NCBI GenBank assembly: GCA_964600735.1
Contig: CAZRLL010000001.1
Coordinates: 28,801 to 92,800 of the forward strand
DNA: 64,000 nt
Direction of reading: 5' to 3'
DNA from: an uncultured archaeon
Lineage (GTDB): Archaea > Asgardarchaeota > Heimdallarchaeia > Heimdallarchaeales > Kariarchaeaceae
Shown: one piece after another, positions 1 to 10,436 of the stretch
Numbering within the stretch: position 1 is the first letter of the stretch
How the letters are laid out: each line of letters starts with the position of its first letter
The notes under the pieces: model-generated
The model's database searches: none
What the model was told of the DNA's origin: nothing
The model's input: only the letters and a program-made list of their open reading frames with translations
Made by a program: the position numbers and the translations under genes

Positions 1-2228
1 GTCCTTAATAGTGTCACTGAAATTTTCAAGACTGTAAGTTCTGCTAACACCAGCAAGAGTAACTCCTCCTAAAGCGGACTTAGCTTGAGAGGAGAAGTCA
101 TTTATAGTGACTCCTGAAACTACAGAGTTAACTGAACTAATCACTATAAATGTATTACTTACTCCTGCAAGAGTAACTCCACCTAAAGTAGACTTAGCTT
201 GAGAGGAAAAATCATTAATAGTAACGCCAGACACTACAGAATCAACAGTTCCAACTACAGAATCTACCGAGCCAGTAACCTGAACTACCTTACTTACTCC
301 AGCTATTGTTACTCCAGCAAGTGTTTCTTTAGCTTGAGAGGAGAAATCATTGATTGTAACACCAGAAGTAATAGAACCAACACTTCCTGTAAAGCTGATT
401 ATATCATAAGTCTTGCTAACACCAGCCATAGTCACACCTCCAAGTGTCTCTTTAGCCGATGAGGAAAAGTCGTTTATAGTAACGCCAGAAACTACAGAAT
501 CTACCGAACCAGTAACCTGAACCGCCTTACTAACCCCAGCAAGAGTAACTCCTCCTAAAATACCCTTCGCTTGGGAGGAAAAATCATCTATCGTAACTCC
601 AGAAACTAGTGAGTCAACATTTGTTATTAAAGTATTTATATCTGCCCCATTGTCATTCGCTGTTTGGGCAGTACCATTAACTTCTTTAACATTAACATGG
701 AAACCTGTCGGATCGGACTGAGATTGGGTTTCCCACTCGTCAACTACCTCCGTCGCAGACGCAGCAGCTTGAATATGCCAAACCGTCGTGGTACCCAGAC
801 CAGTAACCAACGCTGGCGACATAGTGACAACACGGCTATTTGTATATCCTGTAATTCTTCTTGTTTGGCCTGCACCTGAGCCGTGTGTAAAGACTATTAA
901 AGAGTCTTTATAGTAATCTGTTGTTCCTATTGCCGCAGCGTCAAGAGTGATTGTCGTTGTGTTAGTATAGGTTGCAACAAATCCCTGCGCTTGATCAGCA
1001 TCCGATAAAGAAACGTGAACGTCTGCCGCGTCAACCTCATACAAACTCGATGTATCAGGATTAGTGATGAAGTCACTATCAAGAGTGACCACCTTTCCAG
1101 AAGTATAGCCCACAATAAGTCTTGATTGACCTGATCCGGTACCCTCTGTGATATTTAAACGGTCGCCAATGTAGTAATCTGTTGCGGCTACTGCGCCAGC
1201 ATCTAACGTAAAGGTGTGTCCATCGGTAACGCCGGAAACAATTCCACTGGCATGAATAAAAGCCTGTTCAATCTGACGTAACCTTTTACCAGCAGAATTC
1301 GTTATGTTATGAGACGATCCGGTTAGGATCTCATCCCACACAGCATCAGCAGTAGTGCCAGCAGACAAAATTATAAATGTAGAGTCATCTGCTGGCGTCC
1401 CTGTCAATGCAGCATTCCAAGAAACTGTTCCACTTGCTCCAGTATATCCAGTTATAAGGCGAGATTGACCTGCCTCAGCACCAGAAGTGAACAAAATAGT
1501 CATAACGTCGTAGTGATCATTTGTAGTCTCTGCAAGATCGGTCTTGACTTGTGTGGTTGAATTTCCTCCATCCGTTTCTACTACTCCAGTAGCAATTACC
1601 AGATGGTCGAGATTGTAATTAACTATAGTTTTCCCTACTGCCTGGGCAATGATATTTGATCCGTAAGCGGTAGATTGAACATCAGCAGCAAAAGTGGCAT
1701 TGATTATGGCGCCAGCAGCCAAATGCTCTGCTGCGATAGCGTCATCGGCAATTTTAGCTGCTGTGATACAGTCAGCACCAAGTTGAGCAGCATCTATTGT
1801 TCCAGTAGTGTTCCCAAAATCCAATCCAACTTCACCGTTTACCGTAACATCTAAATCTCGCCCAGCTGTTGTTGGTTTTAAATATCCTACCCCACCAGAA
1901 GCAAATAAATCAACATAGACCTCTTCTTCCACAACTTGATAGTCTTGCCTAACAGCCAATGCACCACTTTCATGCACAATAAGTGTTAATTGCCCTATAG
2001 TATTTGTATCTGTAGCATCTAATTCACAATTATAGTACCCATCCGCATCTGCGGATGCTGCCGTAGCATCATTTTTTTGAGCTAAAGCCTGTCCATTCTT
2101 TGATAATTTTATGTCAGCTTGTGATAAAGTGAGGGCACCTTCTGCTGTTTTACCATCTGTATCATCAATAAATGGCCCTATCAGCACATCAACTGCCGTA
2201 CTCTGTTTTAAAAGTCCTCCAAAGCCCA
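1..2228 (-). CDS. Tail fibre / tailspike-like protein, partial (C-terminus beyond left edge). It has tandem ~40-aa repeats (consensus SVVSGVTINDFSSQAK-TLGGVTLAGVSK) and three ~55-aa GxGQxRxIxGYT repeats.
   Basis: Hand translation of the minus strand from ATG at 2228 (SD AAAAGGAGATACAAATG) is open to position 1. It is absent from the ORF track because it has no stop in the window. Nucleotide-level ~117-135-nt tandem repeats lie in 1-640. Confidence 0.6.
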
Positions 2229-3007
2229 TTTGTATCTCCTTTTAATGATGCATATAATGATACATTTTTCAGGAACATTTTGGCCTCCACCGCTATAGTA
2301 TCAAAGTGTCGAGCTGCTGAGGAGCGGGCAAACATAGCATAAGGTGCAATATGGAGACTCATTACTTCAGCAGATTTAAGGGCACGATTTTTCCAGAAAT
2401 ATAGGTGTGCCATAAATCCGATCCAAGTTCGATCAGCACTATTCGACCCTATTTCAATATCACTCGTTCCCTCGTCAGACATAGTAGTATATGCACCATT
2501 ATCATCAGTGACAACTTCTATTCCATCTTCATAAATTCTAATAAATCTCCCATCAAACACATATGCTACATCAATCCACTGATTTAATGTGACCGCTACT
2601 GTGCTGTCGATACTGTAATTTCCAGCGGCAGTATCTAAATAAGTGGAATAATTTCCCTGATCCCACCCGACAAACCAATCGGCATCCTTCCCAGTCCAAT
2701 TTCCCATTACAGCAGGCCAGTTAGCACCACGATCTGTTATATATATTCGGGAAGCAACGGTAAAGGCATTACCAACTTTAAAATTGGGAACCTCTACTCG
2801 TAAATTACCAAGAGCCCCGAATGTCAAACCCCTACCGGTCCACGTTACAGTAGAATTCCAAGTGGTGGGGAGAATACCATCTACCAATTCATGAATTATT
2901 TTACCACTATTTTCATTCATCAACCACGCTCTAAAAAGTCCCAGTACGAGCGGATGGCCGTAAATCAACTGAGTTCCCAGAACAGGCTTCTGCCATCCCA
3001 CCAACAT
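2189..3007 (-). CDS. Concanavalin A-like/LamG domain protein, a putative receptor-binding or fibre-associated protein
   Basis: 272-aa ORF with a W..V..VFDG..IRIYEDG segment typical of LamG/ConA-like lectin folds. It lies directly upstream of the fibre gene. Confidence 0.45.
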   Translation of the reverse strand: MLVGWQKPVLGTQLIYGHPLVLGLFRAWLMNENSGKIIHELVDGILPTTWNSTVTWTGRGLTFGALGNLRVEVPNFKVGNAFTVASRIYITDRGANWPAVMGNWTGKDADWFVGWDQGNYSTYLDTAAGNYSIDSTVAVTLNQWIDVAYVFDGRFIRIYEDGIEVVTDDNGAYTTMSDEGTSDIEIGSNSADRTWIGFMAHLYFWKNRALKSAEVMSLHIAPYAMFARSSAARHFDTIAVEAKMFLKNVSLYASLKGDTNGLWRTFKTEYGS

Positions 3008-3051
3008 AGTTAATAGACCTCGCTAAATACAAAAAATAAACAGCTTTTCAT

Positions 3052-3447
3052 CTACGTAACGTCCCATCTCCATGGGTTAACAGTAACCCCAGAAGCAAAT
3101 GTATCAGTCCCTCCATCAGACTTAAGACCTACCCAAAAGTAACTCAAGTCTGATACAACGATAGTGGAGTATTGTGTAACGCCTTTATTATTACCAAAAC
3201 TTGCAGAGATAATAGCATTTTCATCTGGTACTGATGAACCGCTGGTAGTCGCACTAAGGGAGGGATATATATAGGCATTAAGATTATCAGTAGTACCGTT
3301 CGCGTCGTACTCTACCGTTACTAAACACCCCTCGTACCCATTTGTTTCCAAGTCAATAACACTACTATGAATAGTAGTCGAAGAAACTGCGGTTCTGAAC
3401 GCAAGCGCATTACTAACTCCACCCCAAACCTTTTTAGCAGTAGCCAT
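3052..3447 (-). CDS. Hypothetical virion-associated protein (Ser/Thr/Gly-rich)
   Basis: ORF with RBS, located in the structural block. Confidence 0.3.
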   Translation of the reverse strand: MATAKKVWGGVSNALAFRTAVSSTTIHSSVIDLETNGYEGCLVTVEYDANGTTDNLNAYIYPSLSATTSGSSVPDENAIISASFGNNKGVTQYSTIVVSDLSYFWVGLKSDGGTDTFASGVTVNPWRWDVT

Positions 3448-3474
3448 AGTTTACAATCCCCCTTCTTCCTCTTT

Positions 3475-3840
3475 TTAAGGAACGTCCCTATTCAACCCCC
3501 AGAACTTGAAACGAGCTCTGATTTTATTTGGTATAGAAGTAACAAGTTCAGTAAACCTACCATCTATAGCAAGTTGTTTATTAGCGTTAGACAAATTAGC
3601 ATTAAACCTTATACTTTCTACATGTTCATAAGTAACACCACTTTGTAGTCCAGCATATTCAATTGAAAAGTCTCCTTGCAACCAAGGCACTTGAGACGGC
3701 GAAACTCCAGATAAAGATTGGCTAACTGCTGACCGTAAATTGACGCCTGCTACATTATTTTCACTAGGAACACCTACATGGTAGGCCACGTTAGCACTAT
3801 CCTTTTTATCGCTTACTTTTAGTACATGATAATTGCTCAT
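3475..3840 (-). CDS. Hypothetical structural protein
   Basis: ORF in the structural block, same strand, tightly packed. Confidence 0.3.
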   Translation of the reverse strand: MSNYHVLKVSDKKDSANVAYHVGVPSENNVAGVNLRSAVSQSLSGVSPSQVPWLQGDFSIEYAGLQSGVTYEHVESIRFNANLSNANKQLAIDGRFTELVTSIPNKIRARFKFWGLNRDVP

Positions 3841-3874
3841 TTCTTACTCCTTTTAGGCAACTTTCCCTTCTTTC

Positions 3875-4204
3875 TTATTCACTTTTTATTCTTACACTTA
3901 AGCTCTTTACGGGTTTGGTGGCAGATAAAGGGTCAGATAAGTCAGACCCCCAACCACTGACATCAACGGCCACAAGCTCAAATATATAAGGCGTTCCTGG
4001 AACATACCCAGTCAAAAGTATCTTAACACTTCCATCAAGCTCAGCAGGATACACAACAGGATCTACCATACCATTAACTATAAGTGTGTACGAAGACACT
4101 CCAACCTGCGGATCACATACTAAATAGTAGTCTCTAGCTTCAACTTTACTAACTAGAAGTAACAACATAAAAAACAAACTACCAACTAATATTCTTTTTT
4201 TCAT
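3875..4204 (-). CDS. Secreted Ig/FN3-like small protein with N-terminal signal peptide
   Basis: N-terminus MKKRILVGSLFFMLLLLVSKVEA is a signal-peptide-like hydrophobic stretch followed by a beta-rich sequence. Confidence 0.35.
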   Translation of the reverse strand: MKKRILVGSLFFMLLLLVSKVEARDYYLVCDPQVGVSSYTLIVNGMVDPVVYPAELDGSVKILLTGYVPGTPYIFELVAVDVSGWGSDLSDPLSATKPVKSLSVRIKSE

Positions 4205-4217
4205 TTTTTATTCCTCC

Positions 4218-4613
4218 CTATACTGGGTCTCCAACAAACTCACCAATTTCCCGCCCAAGTACATCATACAATATAGCAAAAGAATCAACATATTCAACAA
4301 TACCGCCTGCACTACCATCTGCTCTTGCTTGGTACTTGTCTGCAAGCCCAAGATAAATCTTAGCAATCTGCCTCTTATCAAGTTCTATTGCACCTGGAAT
4401 CTTTAACAGAAACGCAGTCGCAGTTGCTTTAACTGCTAAGACTCTACAAGCAGCAGCAGACGCGTACCAAACGCTATCAGATTCCTGTTCAAGGAACGCA
4501 TCTATATCAGCATCTGAAAAATCGAAGTCAGTACCATAAGTCCCATCTGTAGTATCATGACAATAAAGTCTAACTTTACCCCTGTCACTCGTGGGGTCGA
4601 AAGAGAAACTCAT
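4218..4613 (-). CDS. Hypothetical protein
   Basis: ORF, 4-nt spacing to neighbouring genes. Confidence 0.3.
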   Translation of the reverse strand: MSFSFDPTSDRGKVRLYCHDTTDGTYGTDFDFSDADIDAFLEQESDSVWYASAAACRVLAVKATATAFLLKIPGAIELDKRQIAKIYLGLADKYQARADGSAGGIVEYVDSFAILYDVLGREIGEFVGDPV

Positions 4614-4834
4614 ATTAATCCACCTTCTTTCTTTCCAACTTTTTCGTTCTCTGCCCAGTTTCGACTAACGAAACTAACTCTTCAAGAGTTTCAAGAATAG
4701 AAATAGAACAAAGAGCAGTAGTTAACAACCAGGCCTCGTGTCTTGTCTTTGGGATTTTCGTTAAGTACTCATTTGCCTCACTACTTTCTAGTAAGTCTTC
4801 AAGAACTTTTCTGTACTTACTCATCTCTAGCCTC

Positions 4835-6862
4835 CTATCCCATTTTTATTCCAAATTTCTTTCTCTGTTCTTCACTCATTTCTTGTGGATCGAGAAAAGT
4901 TCCTTTTTCTGGATCGAACGGCCAGTTATCTGGAACGTTTAATCTTTTCCTTTCTTGAAGTAAAGATCGTTCTAGTTGAGATATAGCTAGTTGTTTCTGA
5001 GTACTTAAGTTTTGTTCTTCTAAGTTAACCTGCACTTTCCTCATATTATGTAATTGTAAGTTTAAATCACATCGTTCAACTTCCCCAAGTAACGCTCTAA
5101 CTCTCCAAAGTGTACCCTCATCGGAAATCCTCATGACTGCTCTCCCTCCCTTGTACCTCGTCCTCACTCCAATTCCATCAGTTCCATTTAAAAGTGTTAA
5201 TGGCGGAGCAAAACTAGGTAGTAAATAGTGAGACTTCTTAAGGAACATCTCTGCATGGTCGTAGATGTTCTGCGTCTTTGACACTGCTAAACCAACGTTA
5301 AACAAGGCCGCGTTTAAAGGTGTCATCCCGTCGTAATGTTCTACTATCTTCCAAGCATGTATGTTAGCAATAGTTGGATCGTGCTCTAATGCTGCCATAC
5401 AAGCGTGAGTTCTTGCTATAGTGTCATTCGGCGCCCATAATATCGACTTAACTAAGTGTTCCATCCTTTTCTTACTATCTTGGATTACTCTACTCCTTAA
5501 CAGATGGTAAGAAGCAGCACATCTCTTAATAACACATTCCCATAAGAATCCGGCTAAAAGTAAACCAACAAGAAAAACTAAAAAGATGTTAGTACTAAGT
5601 AGTATTGAATTTCCTAAAAGTTGTGCTTTGACAACTATTAACCCACAGATCCCCCAAAAAAGTATTCCAGTAGAAGGAAGTCTTAAAGCAAAGAACCAGA
5701 TAGCATCGACTGCTATTGCCGTTAAACCAGCAAGAAGTGTAAGCATCTTAAAGAATTCAAGGCCAGTAGAAGTACCAAGAAATTTAAAACCAACATAGTA
5801 GACCGAACCTAGGAAACATAGAAAAATAAGAGTACCAACAACTCCAAACTCAACTAGATGTTCAAGGTAATCATTGTGCACTTCTCTAGGTTGTGGAGTT
5901 AAATATCTATCTGGTTTTAAAAACTCCCCGTCCTCATTATGAATGTCAGCCTGAGTGTTATATATTTCTCTACGAAAACTCCATAACCCCCACCCAAAAA
6001 TTGGTTTTGCTTTGAAAAGCTTAAGAGCACAAATCCAGTAACACAGTCTGTACCTGAACGATGCATACCAAACCTGATCCCCTTTCGGGTCTACTGGTTT
6101 GTAAAAAAATGTTTTCCAGTAAACTTTGAAGAGAGTAATAGTTGCAACGACCGCAATACAACTAACAATAACACCACCATAGGAAACCAAATCATCATAG
6201 AAGAAGAGTTGACCATAGTACGCACAGACTAAAATAAAAAACCAGACACTTCCAAGGAAACCAAAGAGTCCAGCTCTAGATCTCGTTTTGATTAAGACAA
6301 AAGCAGTAAACCCAACAAATAAGAAAAGGGTACTATCAAATTCCAAGGCTGAATATACTAGAAACCATACTGCAATACATAAGTATGAGGCCAAGAAGTT
6401 CGGATTACCAACAGTCCCAATAGCGTTTGTTACAGCGCCTCCACCCTTCAGTTTATTAGGAAAGAATGGATCAACTCCCAGAGTTTGGATATGAGAGTAG
6501 ATAGAACAAAGAATTGTCCCAATAGCACTAGCAAGTATAGGCCACTTTAAATTTTCTGGAGTAAGGAAAGAAACAAACAACAGAAAAGTTAAGACAAGTG
6601 GAAACTGAAGACCTATTTCTTTTCTTCCGTTATGAATTGGTTCGCTTTTTAGGAAAGAAACTACAAGGCAAGCGATAAATAAAAGGGAAAAAATGCTAGG
6701 GAGACTAGTGGAGACATAAGCTCCACTAGCCAACCCTAACAAGACGCCCAAGGTGGAGAGCGTACCAAGGGCGAGCGTCTGTGGCAACGCAAAACCATTG
6801 AAAAACGTTCTCGGGGCGAATATGAGAGGTATAGCCATCATACATGTAAGTACCCATACCAT
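4835..6862 (-). CDS. O-antigen ligase family (Wzy_C domain; WaaL/PglL-like) polytopic membrane protein with ~200-aa soluble C-terminal extension
   Basis: More than 10 predicted TM helices. The periplasmic-loop signature REVHNDYLEHLVEFGVVG matches the conserved H-N-x-YL-x-x-L-x-E-x-G-hh-G motif of the Wzy_C family. Confidence 0.65.
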   Translation of the reverse strand: MVWVLTCMMAIPLIFAPRTFFNGFALPQTLALGTLSTLGVLLGLASGAYVSTSLPSIFSLLFIACLVVSFLKSEPIHNGRKEIGLQFPLVLTFLLFVSFLTPENLKWPILASAIGTILCSIYSHIQTLGVDPFFPNKLKGGGAVTNAIGTVGNPNFLASYLCIAVWFLVYSALEFDSTLFLFVGFTAFVLIKTRSRAGLFGFLGSVWFFILVCAYYGQLFFYDDLVSYGGVIVSCIAVVATITLFKVYWKTFFYKPVDPKGDQVWYASFRYRLCYWICALKLFKAKPIFGWGLWSFRREIYNTQADIHNEDGEFLKPDRYLTPQPREVHNDYLEHLVEFGVVGTLIFLCFLGSVYYVGFKFLGTSTGLEFFKMLTLLAGLTAIAVDAIWFFALRLPSTGILFWGICGLIVVKAQLLGNSILLSTNIFLVFLVGLLLAGFLWECVIKRCAASYHLLRSRVIQDSKKRMEHLVKSILWAPNDTIARTHACMAALEHDPTIANIHAWKIVEHYDGMTPLNAALFNVGLAVSKTQNIYDHAEMFLKKSHYLLPSFAPPLTLLNGTDGIGVRTRYKGGRAVMRISDEGTLWRVRALLGEVERCDLNLQLHNMRKVQVNLEEQNLSTQKQLAISQLERSLLQERKRLNVPDNWPFDPEKGTFLDPQEMSEEQRKKFGIKMG

Positions 6863-6910
6863 ACAAGTGCTCTCCTTGTTTAGGGGTTACTAAAATGTTT
6901 TAGTAAATTG

Positions 6911-7237
6911 TTACTTATGTGAGTCGAGTCGGTCTCTATGATCCTCTAATTTCTTCTGTATTTTATCTAACGTTAATACTACACGCTCTTGTGCTTGTTG
7001 TATAAGAGCAGTATTTTTATCTATAGCAGTAACATTGCTAGACGTTTTTGATTGAAGAGTAAAAACCGCCCCAAATACTAGTACAATAATACCAATAGCT
7101 ATTGAAAAGATCCTCATCGACACTTTCCCCCTCGCATCTTTTAAGTTATCGTCTAACCTCGAATGTTCAGGACAAAATTCTCCACACCAAGCTTTTCTCT
7201 CTGCTTCATTTTTGAACGTAACGTCTCCATTAGACAT
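6911..7237 (-). CDS. Small single-TM membrane protein
   Basis: 108-aa ORF with a central hydrophobic helix (IFSIAIGIIVLVFGAVFTL) and a charged C-terminus. Confidence 0.3.
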   Translation of the reverse strand: MSNGDVTFKNEAERKAWCGEFCPEHSRLDDNLKDARGKVSMRIFSIAIGIIVLVFGAVFTLQSKTSSNVTAIDKNTALIQQAQERVVLTLDKIQKKLEDHRDRLDSHK

Positions 7238-7251
7238 GCGAAACTCCTAAA

Positions 7252-7659
7252 TCATACTGCTAGAACTGCCCACTTAACTGCTAAAGTAGTACTAACCCCG
7301 CTCCCGTGTTGCGTACTTCCGCTTTTTGAAGAAACTGCAGCAACCTTCATCCAAGGCGCGCTTGAAATTACTTCCCTGTAGTACATACCAGTACTAACGT
7401 CTCCCGAAATACTAGTCCCACTCTTAACAATGAAAGCAGGAGTAGCAGAAAGAGCATAAGAAGAACCAGATTTCTGATAGTGATAACGGGTAAACACAGC
7501 GACGGAACCACCAGTTCTGCCGGTATCACCCTCAACAGAAACCCAGATACCTAGATTGGGAGTTTGTCTATTAGAGATGTTGATAGGAGAAGTACTTACA
7601 CCACTAACTAAAGCACCACCAGTTACATCGGACAGAGTTCCGAACGAAAGAACTTTCAT
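7252..7659 (-). CDS. Hypothetical virion structural protein (Ser/Gly/Thr-rich)
   Basis: ORF immediately downstream of the capsid operon. Confidence 0.3.
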   Translation of the reverse strand: MKVLSFGTLSDVTGGALVSGVSTSPINISNRQTPNLGIWVSVEGDTGRTGGSVAVFTRYHYQKSGSSYALSATPAFIVKSGTSISGDVSTGMYYREVISSAPWMKVAAVSSKSGSTQHGSGVSTTLAVKWAVLAV

Positions 7660-7685
7660 AACCTCACCCCCTTAGAATAAGATTA

Positions 7686-8105
7686 TTACGTCCCCACCGC
7701 TACGTAAGCGACGGAGGCTGGACTCCCGTAGAGAGTACCCTTGATGTCGTAGACGTTCAGGCTAATCGAAGTAACACCAGACGTCCAGTCTGTTTCTGCG
7801 GTTACGATGGGGATTACTATAGTAGAACCACCTCTTCCAGAAACACCAGATACTACGACAGACTTAATAGTCGTCAAGCCAAGAGCTGCGGCAGTTATAG
7901 AAGAACCAGCGTAGCTGAGGATACCAGAAGTGATCATTTGGTTATCAGTAGGATGCCACATAGCGTACCCACTGTCATTCTGCACAGATCCACTTACAGC
8001 ACTTGTGATAGTGACAGCAGAAGGGTGAGTTACAATAGTAACTGCGGAGACCTTTCCCCAGTTTCTACTAGGTCGAGCATAATCGTTTCTTATTGGTCTT
8101 GCCAT
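7686..8105 (-). CDS. Hypothetical virion structural protein
   Basis: ORF with strong SD AAAAGGAGG just downstream of the capsid-gene terminator. Confidence 0.35.
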   Translation of the reverse strand: MARPIRNDYARPSRNWGKVSAVTIVTHPSAVTITSAVSGSVQNDSGYAMWHPTDNQMITSGILSYAGSSITAAALGLTTIKSVVVSGVSGRGGSTIVIPIVTAETDWTSGVTSISLNVYDIKGTLYGSPASVAYVAVGT

Positions 8106-8121
8106 GTTGTTTCCTCCTTTT

Positions 8122-8180
8122 AATTAAAAAGGCGGGGTGCGGAGAGAAAACAGGAAGCAATCTCGGTCCACCCCGCCTTT
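8122..8180 (-). terminator. Rho-independent terminator after the major capsid gene
   Basis: 12-bp GC-rich inverted repeat AAAGGCGGGGTG ... CACCCCGCCTTT, followed on the minus strand by a UUUUUAAUU run. Confidence 0.6.
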
Positions 8181-8207
8181 GAAAGTACAACTTAGATACT
8201 ACGCCTA

Positions 8208-9299
8208 TTAGGCAGTGAACTTATACGCGTGTTTGTCGTCAAGTGCAGCAACCTGACCGTAAAAACGGACTTTATGCTTTGCCTTGATGTCTTTATTGAA
8301 CTCGTCTTCATGACCCGGTTTTGAAGAGAAAGTCTGCAACGGCCATACCTCAGACCAAATGAAGTCTTCTGCAAAATCTCCCAGAAACCAAGTAGTCGCA
8401 CTTTGAACTGTAACATAAGGACTGGTAATTGGAGTAAAAGCACCCTTCCAAATATTTACAGCATTCTCAGTTCCCTCAGGTACGAGAGTACTTTTTTGCA
8501 TCTGAACAGCTTCAACCCACAGGTCGAAAGGAAAGATCGCGTAAACATTAGCCGGATCAATAGTAATGTAATCATCGTTCTCATCTTGCTGAATGTGCAT
8601 GAGCTTAAAAGCTTCTCTCAATCCAACCTCACCAAAGGGAGTAGTTGCTCTGGAGTTTTGTTCCCTATCTCCAACAGCAGTAGTCCTGTAGAACGCGGCC
8701 GCTACACCACTTGGCCTGTACACATTCGTATTTATATCTTGTACACCATTAACAATCAGTCTCTCTTTGTACTGCGCGGCCTTTTTCCCAATTCCTTTAG
8801 CACGAGCAATGATCTGATTAGTCTTATCAAAGTAGATCATTTCTTCCGTAATTGAGATAATCCGACCATATTTCTGGTGAGGTACAGTTACGAATTTCTC
8901 ACCAATCCCACTGTCATTATACGGAGCTCCCTGCTGGACTTCTTCCGGCATTTCAACCGCATTAAAACCCGCGTAAGTCTCAATTTCCATATTCGACTTA
9001 ACGGTATGAGTAAGCAATTTACCAATAGTCTTGACTGAGTTGTAAGCTTTAATAAGAGTCGCACTGATAAGTACCCCAGTAATTTTGGGGAACATGTCTG
9101 TAGAAACTGCTTCTGATATGTCTCTAACAAGGCCCGTTTGAGGATCTCGCTCAAAAGCCTCCCAACATTCCTTAAGAGAAAAATCGTTAGGATTCAATTC
9201 ACCCTTTTCAAGCATACCCTCAATGGCCTCTACGGTCCCGGCGTTGCCTAAAGACTCATGCATATCCCTGAGAGCTACACCTAATCTGTTTCTTATCAT
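8208..9299 (-). CDS. Major capsid protein (HK97-fold candidate)
   Basis: 363-aa ORF in the canonical position after the scaffold/protease and decoration genes. It is followed by a strong terminator, typical of highly expressed MCP genes. Sequence-level homology was not verified. Confidence 0.55.
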   Translation of the reverse strand: MIRNRLGVALRDMHESLGNAGTVEAIEGMLEKGELNPNDFSLKECWEAFERDPQTGLVRDISEAVSTDMFPKITGVLISATLIKAYNSVKTIGKLLTHTVKSNMEIETYAGFNAVEMPEEVQQGAPYNDSGIGEKFVTVPHQKYGRIISITEEMIYFDKTNQIIARAKGIGKKAAQYKERLIVNGVQDINTNVYRPSGVAAAFYRTTAVGDREQNSRATTPFGEVGLREAFKLMHIQQDENDDYITIDPANVYAIFPFDLWVEAVQMQKSTLVPEGTENAVNIWKGAFTPITSPYVTVQSATTWFLGDFAEDFIWSEVWPLQTFSSKPGHEDEFNKDIKAKHKVRFYGQVAALDDKHAYKFTA

Positions 9300-9317
9300 T
9301 TTTTATAGTCCTCCTTC

Positions 9318-9839
9318 TTACGTAATTAAATTGGTATTACCACTAAAAAGTGTAAGTAGACTGAACTCAACTACACTCTGGAAAGATCCACCCCTAGCAA
9401 CTAACCCAACATGGTCTGAAGATCCGGAAACTGAAGTTGTAACTTTCTGATTATACAATGTAACTCCTGATCCGGCAGGGATGACTTGTTGTCCAACTTT
9501 CAAAGTCCTAACATTCTTTAAACCAAACAAGAATAAACCACCAACGTGAACTGCTAACTTTTCTGTGACACCACTATCTGAGTGCCACGCTGCAACTCCT
9601 AAGAAATTAGTAGCCGCAAGATTCCTGTTGCTTGCTAATGTTACCGTCGAACCAGACAGTTTGCTGAACGGATACCCATACCAGTCTGCAGTAGACGCTC
9701 CCTGCGAGCGCAACCCGTTCGATTTGTCGACAAATAACAAATCCCCTTTCGAAACTTCGATGTTGCCGTGAATGTCTATAATACACTGCCTGTTCCTACC
9801 CCAAGATTCCCTGTATAGTTTACGATCATAATCAACCAC
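9318..9839 (-). CDS. Structural paralog 3 (decoration-like family)
   Basis: Shares N-terminal motifs (IDIHGN.EV.KGDL.FVD) with the 9861 and 10437 proteins. Confidence 0.4.
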   Translation of the reverse strand: MVDYDRKLYRESWGRNRQCIIDIHGNIEVSKGDLLFVDKSNGLRSQGASTADWYGYPFSKLSGSTVTLASNRNLAATNFLGVAAWHSDSGVTEKLAVHVGGLFLFGLKNVRTLKVGQQVIPAGSGVTLYNQKVTTSVSGSSDHVGLVARGGSFQSVVEFSLLTLFSGNTNLIT

Positions 9840-9860
9840 AGCATTTCATGACCCCCGTGA

Positions 9861-10394
9861 TTAAAGTGCCCAGAAATCTGCAGAAGTAACTCCAGAGTAC
9901 CTCGTAACGAGTTTGAAGTCAACGTTAGTAGCACCAGATTCTGTTTTTACACAAAGCCCAACGATGTTAAAGTAACTTGACGCAGTTGTAAGCTCTGCAA
10001 GAGTCTTACTTACCGCCTTTTGAGCGTAGAAAGTTGCAGTAGCAGACGTCGCACCAGAAACTAGTTGAGTAATTGTTACCCCAGTTTGGGTAACTAGAGG
10101 CATCCTAAAAACACCCGAAGTTGCTACTGGTATCTTTTCAGTAGTACCACTGACACTTCCCTTCATTGCTATTCCGAGAAAAGTTTCGTCCATGTAACCG
10201 TTAGTAGTACCACCAAGGTAATCAATTGGAAAACAGTAAAAATCCGCACTAGTTTCCGGAGCTTTAGCGGTCTTAAAGAGTGCCGCAGTATTGTTTACGC
10301 AAACAAAGTCTCCTTTTTCTATTACGGTATGACCATGCACATCTATGGTAATCTCATTAGGATTCCCACGAAGGTGCCTTTGTTTTTGTGCCAT
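9861..10394 (-). CDS. Structural paralog 2 (putative capsid decoration/auxiliary protein)
   Basis: About 70% aa identity to the 10437..10964 product. Located between scaffold and MCP. Confidence 0.45.
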   Translation of the reverse strand: MAQKQRHLRGNPNEITIDVHGHTVIEKGDFVCVNNTAALFKTAKAPETSADFYCFPIDYLGGTTNGYMDETFLGIAMKGSVSGTTEKIPVATSGVFRMPLVTQTGVTITQLVSGATSATATFYAQKAVSKTLAELTTASSYFNIVGLCVKTESGATNVDFKLVTRYSGVTSADFWAL

Positions 10395-10436
10395 TTGTGG
10401 AACCTCCTTAGTCTATTATCAATGCGTTAGAGAAAA

